A program made the translations under genes and the position numbers. A DNA stretch of 64,000 nt from Octopus vulgaris (taxonomy: Eukaryota), in the NCBI GenBank assembly GCA_951406725.2, contig OX597828.1:31806001-31870000 (forward strand). The letters run 5' to 3'. Below are positions 38,200 to 53,364 of the stretch, piece by piece (positions within the stretch are counted from its first letter, which is position 1; every line of letters begins with the position of its first letter). Under the pieces are notes generated by a model, which saw only the letters and a program-made list of their open reading frames with translations, was not told the DNA's origin and did not search any database.

Positions 38200-39215
38200 A
38201 TGCATGTGTATCACACATATTTACACAATTGCATATTCACAAATTTGTGTGATTACGGATTTGAAAATGTGTTTAAAATATTTAGATATTCCCTACATAT
38301 GACATACATATACGGTACAAATTTGTAAGCATGGGGGAATGTTATAGGCAAAACTACGGCCTTATTGCCAAGCGTGCTAAATGAAAAAAATCTATATTCT
38401 CTTGTAAATTATTTAGAAACAGATGTGATATATTTGCTATTGAGAATATTTATAGAATGCACATGTTTCTCTGATAACTTACCGTATAATATGGATACGA
38501 CCGACACTCCGCCATTGATGCAGCGTTAACAGGTATTTCGTATTAACAGAAGAATATCTATAGCAAAATCCGCCATATATTCCCTGTTCTGCAGTAATAA
38601 AATAGAGATATCGCCACAATATAGTGATTTGTTACTAAAGCTCATATGATTCCAAATCTACGTTTTCATATATAATAAATCTATTGGATAGAACAATGAT
38701 TGAAAAAATGATATGCACAGCATTTTCGCCATAAAAGTTGACATCCGTGCCAAGAAATCCTTATGAGGTATTTCCTACATAAATATGGACGATATGGTAC
38801 TGGCTATGAACATAGAGGCGGATACAGACCATACATATGCATTAAAACCTGCTTACATATACGTATGAATGTATGTCTATGCGTGTGAATATACTGTTTA
38901 TACACATGCATATATTTCTATAATTTTTTCTCCCTCTCTCTCTCACTATATATATACGTGTGTGTATTAGTGTGTGTGTGTGTGTGTGTGTATTTTATGA
39001 ATTTCTTCACTGTATTCGAGAGAAACAATCGAACAAATATAATAAATATTGAAGCAATTTCTCTGAAATCTGAAGCCATTCCTATTTACGTGTGACATCC
39101 CAAATTACAAAAACTATATACTCACACTTACCACGAGCACGTGCGTACGTACATATGTATACGCGCACGTTCATATACAGGCAAGTATAGCATCTATATA
39201 CGCTTATATATATAT

Positions 39216-39270
<55 letters not shown>

Positions 39271-39529
39271 TGTATGTGTGTATGTGTGTGTGTATATATG
39301 TATATGTAGATTTTTAGATATGTATACCTATGTGCTTTGCTTACATCTATGTATGTAAGTGTGTGTATATATATATGTGTGTGTGTGTGCTGGTTTATGA
39401 GGTTTTTAAACCCTATCATGGATAGATGTATCCAAAGGTACTCCTGGTGATTACCTCAGTAATTATAGTTTCCTCGTATAAGGTATATGGCAGTAGGTAA
39501 TTTAAAAGGTAAACCGTACTTTGATTTAT

Positions 39530-40000
39530 ATAGTATCTTCATCACTAAATATTACTACGGCAATGTGTCTATCTACACGCTACAACTTTACACTTACATA
39601 CGGCTTCTTTTGTAAATACACGAACTGCCTACAACCTATAATTTACTGACGCATAGGTCCTTACATCCACATCGGATATCCCTAATTAGAGTTAACTCCC
39701 TTGCATAACACCGGTGGTCAACTACTCGAACTCACAGACACGGGGATGCCATGCTTATAACTGACTACGAGACATTCAACCAACTTTTATTCTTGATCTA
39801 CCTCACAATGGATTTAACGAACTCTGAACCTAACTAAAATGTCAGACTTTCGAATCATTGAACTCCCTATCTCCTTTCTCTATTTCTGACTTCTTCTTTC
39901 TGATGATGTCTACCATTGGCAGCGAGGCAAAAGTATAAATACATATTTTCATCAGCACGCTATAGAGAAACGATCGTAAACTCACTCTTACTCTCACCTT
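39530..40000 (+). mobile_element. Degraded Penelope-like 3' end with hammerhead core
   Basis: PHNGFNE-like terminus (cf. PLE 'P.GLN') near 39800, followed by CTGATGA...GAAAC-GATC-GTA (39900-39978). Confidence 0.5.
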
Positions 40001-40079
40001 TTATAACTAATTTATATAACGGCTTCCTAGCGAGAAAGACACACTTCTTATTGTTATTTTTCCCCCATTTTCTTTATCA

Positions 40080-40157
<78 letters not shown>

Positions 40158-40193
40158 CATCAGCATGGTCGCAGCTCTGAACTGAAGCTACAG

Positions 40194-40261
<68 letters not shown>

Positions 40262-40266
<5 letters not shown>

Positions 40267-40440
40267 GAAATAAGGTAATCAGAGATCGGTTCGCTTATAT
40301 TTACAGATATTTATTTATATATTAAATGTTTTACATATATATCATATCATTTAGATCATTAGCGCTTTCTCCCATTCTAGTGGGGTTTTGAAATCAAAAT
40401 AATTCCTTTGTGGGGAATTTTAATCATTTCATAGAGTTTC
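40262..40440 (-). mobile_element. Penelope-like terminal-repeat remnant
   Basis: Adjacent to (AT)n; minus strand TTCAAAA-CCCCA-CTAGAA-TGGGA-GAAAGCGCTA hammerhead-like motif. Confidence 0.35.
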
Positions 40441-40518
40441 GTAGTGGTGGGGAGGAACAAGACAGCACAAGAGGGTGAGGTGGATGAGGGGAATGAGGGG
40501 AAAGTGAGAGAGAGAACA

Positions 40519-40551
<33 letters not shown>

Positions 40552-41002
40552 GTGTGTGTGTGTTTGTGCGCACTTGCATCTCAGGGAGTGCTAAAAAGAA
40601 AGAGGGGAAGGGAGAGGGAAGAAGAAGGAAAGAATTTGCTTTAGTCTGATGGACACCGAGGGGGTTCTAAGAATTTTAGCTTTGACCATTGCAGTGTCAC
40701 TGAGTGTGCGGTGGTGGCTATAAATTACACCTTCTTTTTATCATTGTAAGGATGGTCAAATGTCGTTTGGTGTTTAAGAATTCTTTGTGTGTGTCTGTGT
40801 GTGTGTCTGTGTGTGTGTCTGTGTGTCCGTGTGTGTGTGTGTGTGTGCGTGTATGTGTGTCTGTGTGTGTCTGTGTGTTTGGAGAAGGGGAGTGAGACAA
40901 AAAGAGAAAAGGGAAAATAAAAATAAAAATAAAAATAAGGGAGGAAGGGGAACAAAATGTTTGAGTTGATATTTATACCACTACATATATATACACAGAC
41001 TA

Positions 41003-41268
41003 ATACATGAAATATTTGAAAAAAAACCCTTTTATCGGTTCAAAATGAACAACCAAATTACACCATCTTGAAAATTGTATATCATAGGAAAGTTAAAATG
41101 AAAGTGACAATTAAAAAGTAAAGATGGAAGTAAATTATAAATATAATATAATGTATATAACAGGCAATATATATATACACACACACGTACATATACATAT
41201 ACATATACAGACATATACTAAATGTTCTACTATATTAGATTGTAAATCGAAAGATGTGTCCTTCAATG

Positions 41269-41307
<39 letters not shown>

Positions 41308-41451
41308 GCTTACACATGAAATATTAGAAAAAATAAAACACCTATCGATTCGAAATAAATAATCAAAGTACACCTTGAAAATTGCATATCATAGGAAGGT
41401 TAAAATTAGAATGACAATTGGCAAGTAAAGATCAAGTAAATTACAAAAACA

Positions 41452-41460
<9 letters not shown>
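41003..41460 (+). repeat. Diverged ~150-bp direct repeat (41003-41155 / 41313-41460)
   Basis: ACATGAAATATT...TATCG.TTC.AAAT...ACACC..TTGAAAATTG.ATATCATAGGAA.GTTAAAAT...AAGTAAAGAT..AAGTAAATTA in both. Confidence 0.85.
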
Positions 41461-41498
<38 letters not shown>

Positions 41499-42289
41499 AT
41501 GTATATATATAGTGAAATTTACAAATAAAAACAAAAGGTGACACACGTATTCCAGTGTGTGCAATCTACTTGTTGGCTACCAAACTTAGAGGACAATGGC
41601 TTATTTTACACGAAGGGTTAATTGTATTGTATTAATATATTATTTTGCTTTATGTCTCGAATGCGATGAACTATTTCATTAAATGTATCTTTCTTTCTCG
41701 TATAACTGTGAGCCAAATTTGCACTCTTAACCTCAGATGTTGCAGTATGTCCGAGTAAAATTCATGAAATAAAACACTCTAGTTTTATGCAATTTCTTCC
41801 CCTTTTACCTTTATTATATCGGCTTTCAACACTCACTTTCTCATAAACTTACACTGTTTGTGGTTTTTCTTTCGGTTTTGTCTCACGTTGTTTCTATAAC
41901 GGCAACCTCTTCTCTGAGCTGTCGTTCATTGAGATATGTTTAACGGAGCTCCTAGCACATATTTCCATGATTTAGATTGTTAAGCAATCGGTAAATTATC
42001 GGTTTTCATATAGGTGTGTTCATCTTATAGATAACATGTCCATCTCGAATCTGTGAAACTGTTAGGACAGCTTGGTTTGAGATATCTCGTGAATAATGAT
42101 CTACGACTCACATAAAATTAAAAGAAGAGAAAAATCTCATGCGCATGCATGATTGCCTGTTTCTATGGTTCTACTTCCTTGTCTGTAATTTCGCTGAGCC
42201 AGCTTTAAAACTCGGTGGTCTTTAATTTTGGGATGTTACTTCACGGTTGTATAATCCGCCACTTATGTTTCAAATTTAAAACAGCGGTT

Positions 42290-42600
42290 TTCTAGCGGTG
42301 GCAGAGGACAAACACAGAGACAAAGACATATTTTCATATGTATATGTGTTTTTAAATAGGTAGAAAAATAGATAGAGAAATAGATAGAGAGATAGATGTC
42401 TGTATAAGTGAGCGTGTGTGCTTGCGTTCAATTAAGGCTATGTTTTATCTCTGCATTGCAGCGGGCTTATTTCAGTTCCTGCCGAGAAAATCTACTCACA
42501 AGATTTGGTCGATCCGAAAGTAATAAAAATACACTCCCTCAAGATGCCATGCAGTGAAACTAAACACGGAACCATTCAGCTGGGGTACAAACATGAGTAC
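42290..42600 (-). mobile_element. Degraded SINE (33676 family)
   Basis: GGACAAACACAGA..., CACTCACAAG.TTTGGTCG, CAAGATGCCATGCAGTG..ACT.AAC.CGGAACCAT colinear with 33860-34060. Confidence 0.7.
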
Positions 42601-42707
42601 AAACACACACACCTACACCTACATACATACTCGCGTGCACACACACACACATACACACGCACACAAAAATAAAACACTACACACACACACATATACATAC
42701 AAACATA

Positions 42708-42814
<107 letters not shown>

Positions 42815-42815
42815 A

Positions 42816-42875
42816 AGGCGGTGATCCAGCTTGGCCGCAGTCAAATGACTGAAACAAGTAAAATAGTAAAAGAGT
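42816..42875 (+). mobile_element. Isolated 3' tail of a 33676-family SINE
   Basis: AAGGCGGTGATCCAGCTTGGCCGCAGTCAAATGACTGAAACAAGTAAAATAGTAAAAGAG. Confidence 0.85.
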
Positions 42876-43142
42876 ATATAATGCAAAAATTATCCAAAAG
42901 ACATAAATAGATAAATAAAGCACAGGTGCAGATTATGTCATCTATTTTTATACATAGCTTTACTCCAGGAACTTCGAAGTGGCAATTGTGGTAACAGTAT
43001 TAATAAAGTAAAAGTTGAAATGTGTATTCTACTTTATTGAGTGCGACACATGTTTCGACAGGTCGTTCTGGGTATCTTCGTTAACATCAGTAAAACAGTC
43101 GCACTAGCGATTTCTTCTGCCAGCTTCCTGACCGCTATGTGT

Positions 43143-43358
<216 letters not shown>

Positions 43359-43462
43359 TGTGTGTGTATGTATGTATGTATGTGTGTATGTGTGTACGCG
43401 TGTGTATGGTATGTGTGTATATTTATGTAAATATACACATGTCTACCTGCGTATAAGCTTCC

Positions 43463-43530
<68 letters not shown>

Positions 43531-43539
43531 GTCTATATG

Positions 43540-45500
43540 CGTGGGAATGCGCATGTATCTACATGCCAAAAATCTTCAATATGTGAATCTATTTGTGAGG
43601 AATTTACACCTCCTATACTTACTAGATTTACAAATTACTATAATGTTTCCAATATGACGTCCCGTTCACCCATTACTGCTAAAGAGGAACATATTTGGAA
43701 GAATCTCCAACAAAGATACATCGATCTCGATTTAAAATGTTTTGAGAAAACAATATCACACGTTGAACTTGAGAAAATTTGTGAATAATTTTTGTTTATG
43801 CTTCCAGCTTCAATTTGTATTAAACGAGTTACATTATTGATTTTTTTGTCTTCCTGGAAGCCCTAGCTTTTCATGATTGGTCATTTACTCAAGTATTTGC
43901 AGCAATCGTTATTGGTGTGTGAAATTATTGTCCCGGTATGGCGGTTGTTTGCAGCTGTCTTCCGTGCCTTACATTTTCGAAGAGATATTCACATCGGCAG
44001 AGCATTCGATCTCTACGATGGTATACAACTTTTGTAGCCAAGTCCTAACATTTATATCCGGCTTCTTGTGTCTGCGTTTAGTAAAATGTTTGAGGGAACA
44101 TTTCCATCAATTTTCTTTTGATAATGTTTTTGCATATATTCAATATCAGAAGCATTCTCTATATCATAAGATATTGAATCATGCACCGTGTAACTGACAA
44201 AGGGACATTCATATTTTGCACTGAAGAAATTGTGTGTTTTTTTTTTTTCCTTGTTAATATGTCGGTGGTGATGCCCATCTGTCATCTCATATTCTAATAC
44301 GCTTTCTAATATTCCCAGTGGTATATATTTATGTACTGCTATCTTCTAAGCAAAGCTAAAAAGATTCTACTTTCTTCGTACTCATTAGACCCCAAAACAT
44401 TTTGCATTTGATAGACCCTGTTTACTGTCCTAAATGGCTAACCTGTGTAGATTATTTGACATGGCTACTTTGAGCCCAATAACGTATAATCAAAATATCA
44501 AGAGGGGACCTGCCAAACATCTGCCATATGTGAATCAATTTGTGAGGATTTTACACCTCCTATACCTACTAGATTTACACATTACTATAATGTTTCCAAT
44601 ATGACGTCCCCTTCACCCATTTCTGCTAAAGAGGAGCATATTTGGAAGAACTCTTCCAGAAACCACTAGATAAACATTAGTACTCCTGGCGTAGCATTGA
44701 AAGCTACCAGTAGGAAACCACCGGCTTCGCTGTTATACATATCTAGGACTACTGACTTATATCCCCGAACTAAGAAAATCTTCCTAACCTCGGGTTCCAC
44801 ATCTTTCAGAACATTACTGTTACTTCTCTTTCAGATCACAGGTCGGTAAGATGTGTGTATTAATCGTAAGAGTCTGACACAAGCACAATTGTGTGCTTGT
44901 CGAAAATTCTTTCTCTTTCTACACTGATAGTTTTCTCTTGCTACATTAATAGTTATTATGCTAACCCGAAACTCCAGCTTACCTTGCTTCTCAGAGGACC
45001 GCAGACTGTTTATATTTATATTTCCTACACTGACTAAGTACACATTGGTCTGAAAAATTACAGTTAGAGATGGTACTCATGCTGGATTTCGAGAAGTCTG
45101 GTCAATTTGGTCTTCGTAAACATTCAGTGGGATTCTCTTCATTTTTTAAAGTTTTCCGCATCATTTTGGAAATTCCCGTTTAGGATTCTCTTCGAGTTCT
45201 TCGTAAATATGAGGACCTTTTTGGGCTGGTATGAATGATATATATTTTCGTTAAAACGCCTTTCTTTTTGAACGTTTTAAACGTTTGATTCTTGTGTTAT
45301 TTATAAAGAGCACAGCATTTGTTTACAATGATGATTGTTAATTTCGAGATTATGTGCTCATTTAAAAAAAAAATATTATTGCGTTTTTATATTTTTGTGT
45401 TAATGTTTATCATTCTGTGTTTGCTTGTGTGATTGCGTCGTTGGTCAGAGTGCTTGTGCTGTAGTGGATGGGGAGCGTGGTATTGACACACAACCTAGCA
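43540..45500 (-). mobile_element. Degraded L1/Tx1-like LINE 5' part (APE endonuclease region) with a duplicated segment
   Basis: Minus strand from ~45035: VGNININSLRSSEKQGKL...VRKIFL...SVVLDM....F.LVA...FLEEFFQICSSL..MG; 43561-43703 duplicates 44508-44650. Confidence 0.55.
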
Positions 45501-48500
45501 TAAATCATTTTGAAATCGCATAAATAGATATTTTCTCCATAGAAACTAAAGTAAATAACTTATAAAATCTTGTGAGACAAAAGTTATCGAATACACAGAT
45601 AATTAAGGAAATTTATGTCCCACGAATACTATTTGATTTGAAAATAAAATACAATCACATTTATAAGAACTGCTATAAATTTATTTTGTTCTTCATATTA
45701 TAAAATTTATTTTTTATTTCATCCTTAGTAGGCAATGAAAATATATTGTTCGGCAGACTTACAATATCATGTGCAACTGGAAAACAAACTGAAAACAATA
45801 AAAGTCAGAAGAATGAAATTTATTTTTAGCGATAATTTAAACAATATTAAAATAATAATGAATCGTAAGAACAAGCGTTTTGAAAACATCCTTTTTAGAA
45901 TCTGTATTGTAACTTTTGGCAGTCTTTGTCTTACGTTTTACACAACGATGATCTTCAAAGCGCAACGCATGCAGTTGTCAATAGAACAAAAGAATAATCT
46001 TTTCTAAATCGAAAAGATTAATATAATCCCCAAAGAATGCCAGTGTACACGTAATCTCCTTATAGAAAAGAAGTTTCTAGCTAAGGCAAAATTTTCTTGA
46101 AAGTAGCTATGTAAACTACAGCTGCCTATAGGCAATATAACTGTTAAGAATGCATGCAACCTAGTATAGAATTCTCAGCCCAATATTATTCTTAAATTTG
46201 AGAAATCGTGTCATTAGACATTGTTCTTGAATTCGATAAAATCACTGAAAATCGATAAAACTTAGTCTAATGCCAATGGCTATGGAATAGTAAAATCAAT
46301 ATATGCTATTTGTTCACTAAAATGTTGTAAAATGACAAAGGTTGCTCTATAATTTTAACAGAGGAGAATGAATAATTCACTTTCGCTTATTTAATGTTGC
46401 TATCATTTTTAACTCAATATATTAAAATTCATAACTAGTTATACAGGAAGCAACCTTCTTTAGTTTGCGTTTTATCGCTGCGCATTACACCAACACCTAA
46501 TACGTGAGATTCTAAATAGGTAATGGAGAAAAAAAAACCGGGAGAAACTTATCGATGGAAATACTAAACTACTAAGAATATTCTACCCACGTATTTTTGC
46601 TTAGCAAGATCGCATTATTGGGTGGTGCTCAAGGCATGTCTATTACATCTTACATCATCATAAAGTTCTGTTTTGAACATCATGATTTGTGCTTGAAGGT
46701 GAAGCAGGGAAAGGCAATAACTCGTAGGCGTATATCCTTTTTGAGAGCAGTCTCCGGGCGTTTCCTGCATGTTTGGGGTGGTAGTGGTTGTAACGAACAT
46801 TATTCACTAAAAACAAATGAAATTCGTTTCATGATATTGTTGAAGTTGTATGAGGTGTTTTAGTGTCATGTGTGCTGATACATTAGCAATGAACACGACC
46901 GTAATGGAACAAGTTAGCTTCCAGAAATCATGTGTTAATTATTTGGAAAATCAAGAAGTTAACAATTATTGCAGCCTAAAATGTTTCTATGGCTAGCAAG
47001 TAAACAAACGATATATCTCCTTATAGGAAAATCATTTTCGGGTACTGAATGATAAGCACTTCATTGTGATGTAAATAAGTATCTTCGTGTCAACTTATCA
47101 GTGCATTTGAAGAATTAACTATGCATAGATTGTGTATTGAATGTACTATCGTAATTAGTTTAATTACCCAACACAAATACAATACACATTTGATTATATG
47201 CTTGTAATTTTGCGGTGTAATACTTTGTCTGATGATGTTATTTTCAATATCGATGTTCAATTAAGTATGTTCATTCTTCATTTGTAGGGTATTTTACTTT
47301 CATCTCCTAATGAAAATGGCATTGTGTTTCAGAGGACCTTGGTATTAGGCATTCGTCTTAATTGTCGTGTTTTCGATGTTACAGAACGACGCAATAGGAA
47401 ATATATGAAAAAAAAGTTGAAAAATATCTCACATTCACAATGAGGAAGTCAGATTTTATGATAAGTTTTAAGCAACCAGATTTTGCTCTTTTTGTATGGA
47501 TACAGCAAGGGAATCACTGACAATGGTATAAAGAAACGGACATGTTGTTATGGATTCGAGTATTTGGAATATTGAAAATTAGAATAACGTACAAATTAAC
47601 AGGTTGAAAAAAAAAATTTCATCGTTGTTTCATATATAAAAGAACGATGTTATAAAATAGAATAGAGTAAAATATAACAATTATATGTATTTGATTTTTA
47701 AGAAAAATTGCTGTCTATCTGTTAGTATTACATATATTGCCAGAAACTCAGTATACTAATTGCCAACTACATACCAGATACACCGCATTATCCAAATAGG
47801 ATATTCTCTTTATAGCAAAATGATTTCAATAGGTTACCGTAATCGTTGTGGTAGAAGTATACCTGGTGTTTTTGTTCTCATAGAAAACCGGTATTATGAA
47901 TCGAGAATAATAATTTAAAACTGCTGAAACGACTCGTATAGTTTAAGCCGATAAAATACTTTAATAAATTTATCATATTTCAGTATCACGTGTGGTGTTA
48001 ATGCTAACGAATTCAATATGTACAATAATATCTATATATTGCGTTGAAACTAAATTAACTTTTAACGTTGTCTAGACTCTAACAGATATAATGGTATATC
48101 GGTTAAATTTGAAATAATTTCCTGCCTTTACAACAAACGTACAAATATAAATCTCTGAGTAGAAGATCAAAGGAATAATAGAACGCGTAGAATGTGTTAG
48201 ATTTTGAATAGTTGAAAGGTCTACTAATCAGTTTAGTATTATAGAAAGAGTGCGAGAATACCATTAACAATATATTTTAAAAGAGTTCAACATATTTTCC
48301 TCACCTCCCGCAACGATAGAGTTTCAATTGTAACAGTAAATAATACGTTCGTACCAGTAAGCAGTTAATAGTGTATACTCGATTACAATAAATGCAATTC
48401 CATAACTGTAAGTATATTTTATTAGCTGTTACTTCCACACAGGATGTTAGAAAATTAGTTCAAACTAGTTCATAGCATCTTCAACTGGACTATTTCTGAC

Positions 48501-48627
48501 CGTGTGAGCGGCAAAGTTTATTGGTGAATTGTTTAATTTAGAAGTTTGAGCAAAATTATAAAAAATACGAATTCCTAAATTTCAATTTCAAGGCGAAATC
48601 AGTTTCGAAGGCTGTCTGTGTCGATGA

Positions 48628-48800
<173 letters not shown>

Positions 48801-48876
48801 TGATGTATTCCTGTGTGCGCGAAAGGAGTGCATATTTGTTTACTTTTGCTTGTTTGTATACACAAGTGTATGTGTG

Positions 48877-48951
<75 letters not shown>

Positions 48952-49831
48952 GTATGTATATATGTATGCATGTATGTATGTATGTATATGTCCTATCAGA
49001 TAGCTCTGTTAACCATTAGAATTTATAAGTCTGCAATTTCATTTAGTGTATCGCAGCCAATTACATCAACGTCGCTTTTGATCATCTACTATAGTCTGAA
49101 ATTCTCTAACCGAATACGTGAGATATAGCATGGGGATCAGTAAAACAACTGTAGCAAAGGAAAGCTTCCTAAGCAAACGTATTATGGCGGGGGTAAACGC
49201 ATCTATAAAACATCTCTTTGCTTTAGCGTTCAAACCATGCGATGTCTTAAACCCCCATAGGTAACATTCGTATACTTGCCTTTAAGAGGATTTTGGAGAT
49301 ATTCCTTCCTAGTCAAGAATTCGTCTCTTTAGATCAGAACGGATTCCTACATATGGTATGATGAAAACCGGCCTTGATGTCTTTAAAGTATTTATTTTCC
49401 AGATATTGTGAATATTGCCAGACGAATTACAGATATATTTTCGCCCTTGAAAAGAAATGTTTCTAGCTATGAGCGAGAGAAGACATGATATACTTGACCT
49501 TATTTAATGTCGTGAACTGTGTGACAAACTTGGGGCAAAAGAGATAAACGTTTCATTATCTTTTACTCATATGAAATCTGTGATCTGCACTGAAATAAAA
49601 GCGGATCTTGGCAGTAGTAATTTTAAGAAATAATGAAATCTGCATATGCTACAGTCGCTTAAATGTGAAGGGCAAGCGAACTATACGCTAGGTCATAGGG
49701 ATGCTTGGTCATTTGACGTTTCGATTGCAAATCATGCCATATTACATACACAGATTTATACAAGCAAATATAGGGAAAAGAAGCAAAACGAAGAGCAGCA
49801 AGTACTTAGTATACACCTGTCCAATTACTCA

Positions 49832-49874
<43 letters not shown>

Positions 49875-50156
49875 GTTGGCAAGATTTATGGTATGCGGTA
49901 ACATCAATAAATTATTACATTGAACATGCGATGAGGGGTAGAAACAGTACTTCGTTACAGTTCAGATACAGTACTTCTTTAGGGAAACATTTGAAAGAAG
50001 AGAAATCAAATGTTTTTCTTTTTCCCTTTTTTTTTTTTTGTACTTAGATGTAAAATTACAGTACTCCATTCATTAATCTCCTATCAACTTGCTTCACGAA
50101 GCACTGCATGCAAAGCCTAGGATTTTCAACTGGTCATGCCAAGTTAACAGTTCTTT

Positions 50157-50198
<42 letters not shown>

Positions 50199-50212
50199 TC
50201 TCTCTCTCTCGC

Positions 50213-50247
<35 letters not shown>

Positions 50248-50268
50248 GTATATATATATATATATATC
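50157..50268. repeat. (CT)n plus (AT)n microsatellite
   Basis: Directly visible. Confidence 0.95.
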
Positions 50269-51035
50269 ATATATAAAACTTTTAGCAGAAAAAGATTCCT
50301 AAATAAGTTGTCGAAAGATGTTTGATTCTACAAGAGAAAACACAACACACTAACTGGATTTCCCTGTCTTTTAGTTACCATATTTTAAGTATGTTTTTCA
50401 CAATACCTTTTTCTGGATCTTATAGTGGTAAAAGCGTTTGTGACGAATATTATATACCTAACTACCATCTATCATTTCTTATACAAGAATGCGACTTTTC
50501 GTTTGTGCGTCTTATGCCGCTACCAAGGAAAAACAAATATAGACCTATATATCTGAGGCGGGGCGATGCGATCACTTAATAGAACTTGTAATCGATACAA
50601 TCGATTTAACAAAAGCTTGAGCGCGGTGGGGAAAGATAACAGCAGCTTCATGATTGAAAATCGTAACATAATTATAACGGGAAATATTCATCTGAAATTG
50701 AACAAAAACATATTTACGTTCAATTAATCAAGTAGTGAATGTAACTGAGTCATTGAAAGCAATGGAATATGCCAATACTAGAAGAATCAGTTGAATAAAT
50801 AAGTCTTGAGTGAGATCATATGTGAGAATCTTCCAGAGTCCCTTATGCATTTTGGTATATATCTACTTAAGATCATAACTAAACAAAATTCTTATAGACA
50901 CAAGATATAGCAATATACCAACCAAGTTTCAAAACACTAACTATGCATGTAGCCTTTATATATATATTATATATATATTATATAGATAGAGAGAGAAAGA
51001 AAGAGAGGAATGGAGGGAGAGATAGAGACTATATA

Positions 51036-51081
<46 letters not shown>

Positions 51082-51107
51082 CTAGATAGATTGAGAGATT
51101 GTGTGTA

Positions 51108-51139
<32 letters not shown>

Positions 51140-53094
51140 AGAAAACTAGGAAATTGTATGTAAAATTATAATGTTTAATAGCAACAAGTATGGAAATTGG
51201 GTAACTCTATACAGAATGGCTACTAAGAAGTTAAGCTAAGCAATGTAAATAATAATTAGACCTCAAGCGTTATCTAAAATAGATATTTATCCGGTGTTAT
51301 GTAGGTTCATGTGCTTTATGTATCTATAGAGTAAATCCGGCTAAAAATAGCAAATGAGGTAATCGACCACTATGCTAAAGCAACAAAAAACATCTTTATG
51401 TGGAAATACTATAAGATCACTATTGCCAAAATGAATTTTCTAACATATACATTATGCACCCACCATGGTGCAATAAACATAAATGTTGCAACCGACAATT
51501 TCGTGGAAAGAGGTGTGTATCTCCGATTGTTTATTTCTTTGCAATGGTCTGACGCACTGATATCTATATACTCTCTTGAGTTTTATCAACTCTACTAAGT
51601 CTGGTTTATTCTAAAAGAAAATCAAAGACTAACAAATACTTAAAATATCATTGCACGCATTAGAATTAACGAGTGTATTGTCTGAAACCATTCAAATACG
51701 CCGCATTAATCTTGTCTAAATTTCAATTAATATATATCAATTTAAATGAATGCGATAAACAGGAGTAAATCAATCATTGTATATCATATTAATATCAAAA
51801 GTAATTCAGCATTTACTTTTGAAGACAATATTTCGAGAAATCCACATGTATATACACTTCTCGTAAAATTTCCAAGCAACGAGAATGCCTTTTATTTTAG
51901 TTTAGTTTACAAAAGTTTTGATGTTTCAGTCAATCAATACTCCTCCATTTTCTTCTGTCTACAACTGCATCTCTTAGGAAATAAACTAAAAGTTATATGT
52001 GGATAGGTGGGGTTTTTTAATACTACCGAAATTGTTTCTGTGTCATTTAACATATCTTAGAACAACTGTCGCATTATGTCTGTAAATACTATCAGGAAAC
52101 AATTGTCGGCAATAAGATTAAGGATTGTTGCCCAATCAATATACAGTTACTAACGCTTAATGTTCGAAATTTCAATTATTAAAGTACGTTCGACCATAAT
52201 CTAAATCCGTCAACCATTATATTGTTATTGAGGCTAATGTCCTATATAAGATATCATTAAACCCCGAATAAAAGAATATCCTATTTATATCTTCGTGTTG
52301 TTAGCTTTAATTAGACTGAATGTTAATTCAATGAAAACCAGTATTGTTTTACAGAATTACTATTAGCTATAAATATTATTGTGTTAGTAAGAGCAAGAAA
52401 TTAAGAAACATGCAACATTTATAATAAAATATTAATATAGATATCTATAAATACAAGTGTGCATATATGTGTCTGTGTGGCTACAAAATGTATACACACA
52501 AACACGCACACCGGATATTTATAATGAAATACTCTTACTTCTGTTTCTGGGATATTATGGATATCCCTTCATGAGAGACGGCGTCGAAAATATTTGAGTT
52601 CAAATTATTGTGGAAACTGAGGAGATAGCGAAGATAAAGGGAATTAAGAGAATGAAAGTAGAAATAAGATGTATAAAGATATTGTTATCGCAGTTCCATT
52701 ATTCGAGGATAATGGTGTGTGGAAGTTGTTAAAAGTTTCCTGTACATGGTATGTAAGTTCAAATAGCAGTTTATGTTTAGTCGTTTCAAACGATGGAGCC
52801 GTTGAGTCAGTGTGGCTCGTTCCATGGGGTTTTGTGGTGTGAATGAAAATTTGAGAATGGATTGGTTGTATTTGTGGATAGATGGGAGAGATGAGATGGG
52901 TGTGATTAGAAAGGGGAGATAGGTTAAATTTAAAACAGGAAGAGAAAATGAGAGGAAGAAAGAGATATAATGACATAAGTACGCATGCACCCATATACAT
53001 ATTTATGTAAGAATATTTATATATACATATACAAACATACAGATATATACATAGCCTATGCATACACATGCATATGTACACATGCACAGACTTT

Positions 53095-53270
53095 GGGTCT
53101 TAGATCGGTAGCCACTACACACATTTTTCTCCTTGTTTCTGTCCTTGTAGTTTTCTATGACCCTTTCTGTAGAAGAACGTAGGATCAAAACGTAAAAGAT
53201 TTTTTCAATTCGTGAGCGTTATACTAATACATCTGTTTGTTTTGTACACCACCGGTCTTCGTCTTTGAGT
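53095..53270 (+). mobile_element. Penelope-like terminal-repeat family copy (inverse of 9691-9876)
   Basis: TAGATCG.TAGCCACTACACAC...CTTT-CTGTAGA-AGAACGTAGGATC-AAAACGTA-AAAG...AATACATCTGTTTGTTTTGTACACCACC.GTCTTC. Confidence 0.6.
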
Positions 53271-53307
53271 ATATATACTTTTCTACACACAATCATACAA
53301 ACCCATT

Positions 53308-53364
<57 letters not shown>

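Noticed and set aside
38725-38810. MDDMVLA as an RT catalytic motif
   Set aside because: Lacks the Y/F before xDD and has no convincing flanking RT motifs in frame
48305-48405. Possible minus-strand exon (TTACAG...GAG|GTGAGG) with one open frame
   Set aside because: Purine-rich acceptor, no recognisable protein; such site pairs arise by chance in AT-rich DNA
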